DNA of 64,000 nt from Owenia fusiformis (lineage: Eukaryota): assembly GCA_903813345.2 (NCBI GenBank), contig CAIIXF020000001.1:43710001-43774000 (forward strand), given 5' to 3'. Both the position numbers and the translations under genes were made by a program. The notes beneath the pieces are model-generated. The model was given only the letters and a program-made list of their open reading frames with translations. It searched no databases and was not told where the DNA came from. Below, in pieces: positions 61,525-64,000 of this stretch (position 1 is the stretch's first letter; every line of letters begins with the position of its first letter).

Positions 61525-64000
61525 TTATGTTTCAGCAATTAAGTTTTTCTTTCTAATTATTTTAAATTGAAGTAAAGAAGGCAAAAATCTGACGACATGA
61601 TCAGATATAGAATTCCAGATTCTTGGACCCTGTACTTTGATTAAATATAACCCAATTTTTGTTTTGTAAGCCCTGTCATGTAAATCATGACTTCTTTTGG
61701 TAGGATAATTGTGAAAATATTTATTTTGATAAAAATAATCATTATATAGTTTTGAATAAACAGGTTCCTGGTAAATACAGCAATAGACAGAATTTGAAAC
61801 TTTAAATTCATACACCTGGTTTTCAGGTAAAATGTTGTATTGCTTAAAGAAGGTGCTGAATGTGCCATTCTTGGCTGGTTGTCTAATATTCCAATTAATC
61901 TCTTTTGAAATAGAAGTAGGGAATGCAGCTCATTTGTATGAGCATTGCTATTATTAGGAGGCCCCATCGGGGGGCCTCCTATTAATTTTGTAGATATTAT
62001 TCTTTATTATTATTATTCTTTATTATTATTATTTATTCTTCCCCCCTCTTTTTCTCCTACTTCCAACTACCTTTCAACCATCTTTTACATGCACCTTCCA
62101 GGGACATTGGCTGAACTTAGCGGGAAAGAATTTTTTATCTAGGTCAAGGTCACAGGTCAAAATCTAGGTCAAATCAAAGCTTTTTTCCAGTTTCTCAAAT
62201 CCTGACACTACATTTCAATATTTTTGCCTGAATTTTTGCATACAGATAGATATTAGTATTCTATTAGTGTTAGCCTTTTGCCGTCTAAACAAATATTTAA
62301 AACTCATCTACAAGTTCTCAGGATTCCAAATCTGACCTTACTTTTGACCTTTGACCTTTGGTTGACCTTCAGTGACCTCCGAAAGGTCAAAAAAGTTGAT
62401 TTTTCAAATCGATTTTCTGGATTCAAATTTAGGTATATTTATTCACAAAAGACCTTCTGAGGTCTAAAAAAGTAAAATTTGCGAGGTCAAAGGTCAAGGT
62501 CATCAAACGAAATCACAAACTGTGTTTTCTAAGTTTCTCAAAATTGGAGACTACAAATCAATTTTTTTTACTGAAAGTCAGAATATATATTCCTTTAAAG
62601 GTTCTACACATATTAGCAATTGACAATTTATTAAAATTTTGCTCCAGTTATGAGATATTAGAACTCAAAAACTGAAAAAAGTCAAATTTCGAAATTTTTC
62701 AAGGTCAAATTTCAACTTGCTCTAAATTGACCAAACTTTTTTTTAAAATGCATCTACAAGATCTCAGGAACTCAAATCTGACCTTCGTTTTGACCTATGA
62801 CCTTTACTTGACCTTCAGTGACCTTCGAAAGGTCAAAAAGTTGATTTTTCAAATTGATTTTCTGGATTCAAATTAAAGTTTTTTTAATCAGAAAAGATAT
62901 ATTGAGGTCTAAAACAGTAAAATTTTCAAGGTCAAAGGTCAAGGTCATCAAACGAAATCACAAACTGTGTTTTCTTAGTTTCTCAAAGTTGGAGACTACA
63001 AATCAATATTTTTAAATGAAAGTCATAATATATATTCCTCTACTAAAGGTTCTACACATATTAGCAATTGATTATCTATTAAAATTTGGCTCCAGTTTTG
63101 AGATATTATAGCTCAAAAACTGAAAAAAGGTCAAATTTCGGAATTTTTCAAGGTCAAATTTCAACTTCCATTAATTCGACCAAACCTTTTTTAGAAATCA
63201 TCTACAAGTTGTCTGGAGTTCATATATGACCTTGTATTAGAGATTTGACCTTTGGCTGGCCTTTGAATGTTCAGAAACGAATATAGGGCCTCCGTAAGAT
63301 TGCTTGCAATCTTAGATCGTTAGATCTCTAGTTATTAATTATATGGCCACCCCAGATTGAATTACAGTAATTTATATGTGAGTATATCAGGGAATTATAG
63401 ATTGCCAAAAGACTTGTTTTATTCAATAGGTGGCGAATCTTATATAAGAGACCAATTGTTCTAGATATTTTGCTTCTATATGTTCTTTCCAGGTAATATG
63501 TTCATCAACAATCACACCTAAAAAGTTGATAGATCTTACTCCTTCAATTTGTTTCCCGAACATATCAATTTCAACATCTCTAAAGATTTGTTGTTTCTGT
63601 TTATTGAACAAGATAAATTTTGTTTTAGAATAGTTTATTGACAATTTATTTGCTTTGAACCAATCATCCATAAGATCAAGTTCATCATTAACCTTTTCTA
63701 TTAGAGATTTCAAATCTTTATCTGAGGCCAACAAATTAGTGTGGTCCACAAATATTATGCTTTTAAGAACATTTGAGACTTTAAACATGTCGTTTACATG
63801 TAATATGAATAATATCCGCCCAAGGACTGAGCCCTGGGGCACACCGCGTGATATACTTTGTAAATCAGAGTCAATATTGTTATATGATACAATTTACTTT
63901 CGATCTTTTAGATATGATTTAAAAAGAGATAGCTCAGATCCTTGAATTCCATAAAAATTTAATTTATCTAGAAGGATTTTATGATTAATGGTGTCACAGG
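61525..64000 (-). mobile_element. Decayed CR1/L2-group LINE reverse transcriptase (pieces about 64000-63336 and 61950-61525), split by a HINE
   Basis: GVPQGSVLG-ILFILHVND...IFVDHTNL...WFKANKLSINYSKTK...FLGVIVDEHITWKEHI; later YCNSIWG, LFQKRLI, QGPRIWNSI; frameshifted, with YADD/FADD decayed to FVDH. Confidence 0.85.
61951..63331 (+). mobile_element. Helentron/DINE-HINE-like element with ~445-bp tandem units
   Basis: 5' hairpin TAGGAGGCCCC-ATC-GGGGGGCCTCCTA, (TTA/TTC)n tract, tandem units (CATCTACAAG at 62306, 62751, 63199), 3' hairpin TAAGATTGC-TT-GCAATCTTA, CTAG end followed by TT. Confidence 0.8.

Overview
AT-rich, intron-rich invertebrate nuclear DNA (lophotrochozoan-like; the taxon is an inference), with GT-AG spliced genes reconstructed by hand. 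Genes in order: 3' end of calsyntenin (+); an SLC22 transporter (-); a STMND1/CCDC198-like stathmin-domain gene (+); syntaxin-7/12 (-); TMEM14 (+), whose intron 2 holds an intronless PAN/Apple + fibrinogen-domain gene; and the 3' half of PAK1IP1/Mak11 (-). The PAK1IP1 upstream intron (>10.8 kb, running off the window) holds two antisense genes: a UGT with Arg in place of the catalytic His, and a secreted Cys-rich/TSP1/pseudo-serine-protease gene. Introns and intergenic DNA are full of non-autonomous DNA elements (Helentron/HINE-like elements with internal satellites; Tc1/pogo-, Kolobok- and hAT-like MITEs; foldbacks), plus a tRNA-derived SINE, a decayed Tc1/mariner and a decayed LINE. The most unusual structure is a very young 2117-bp insertion built as A-TATTA-B-TATTA-B-TATTA-A, with a 3-bp AAT target duplication, inside a syntaxin intron. 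All family calls rest on motif recognition by eye; no database search was run.
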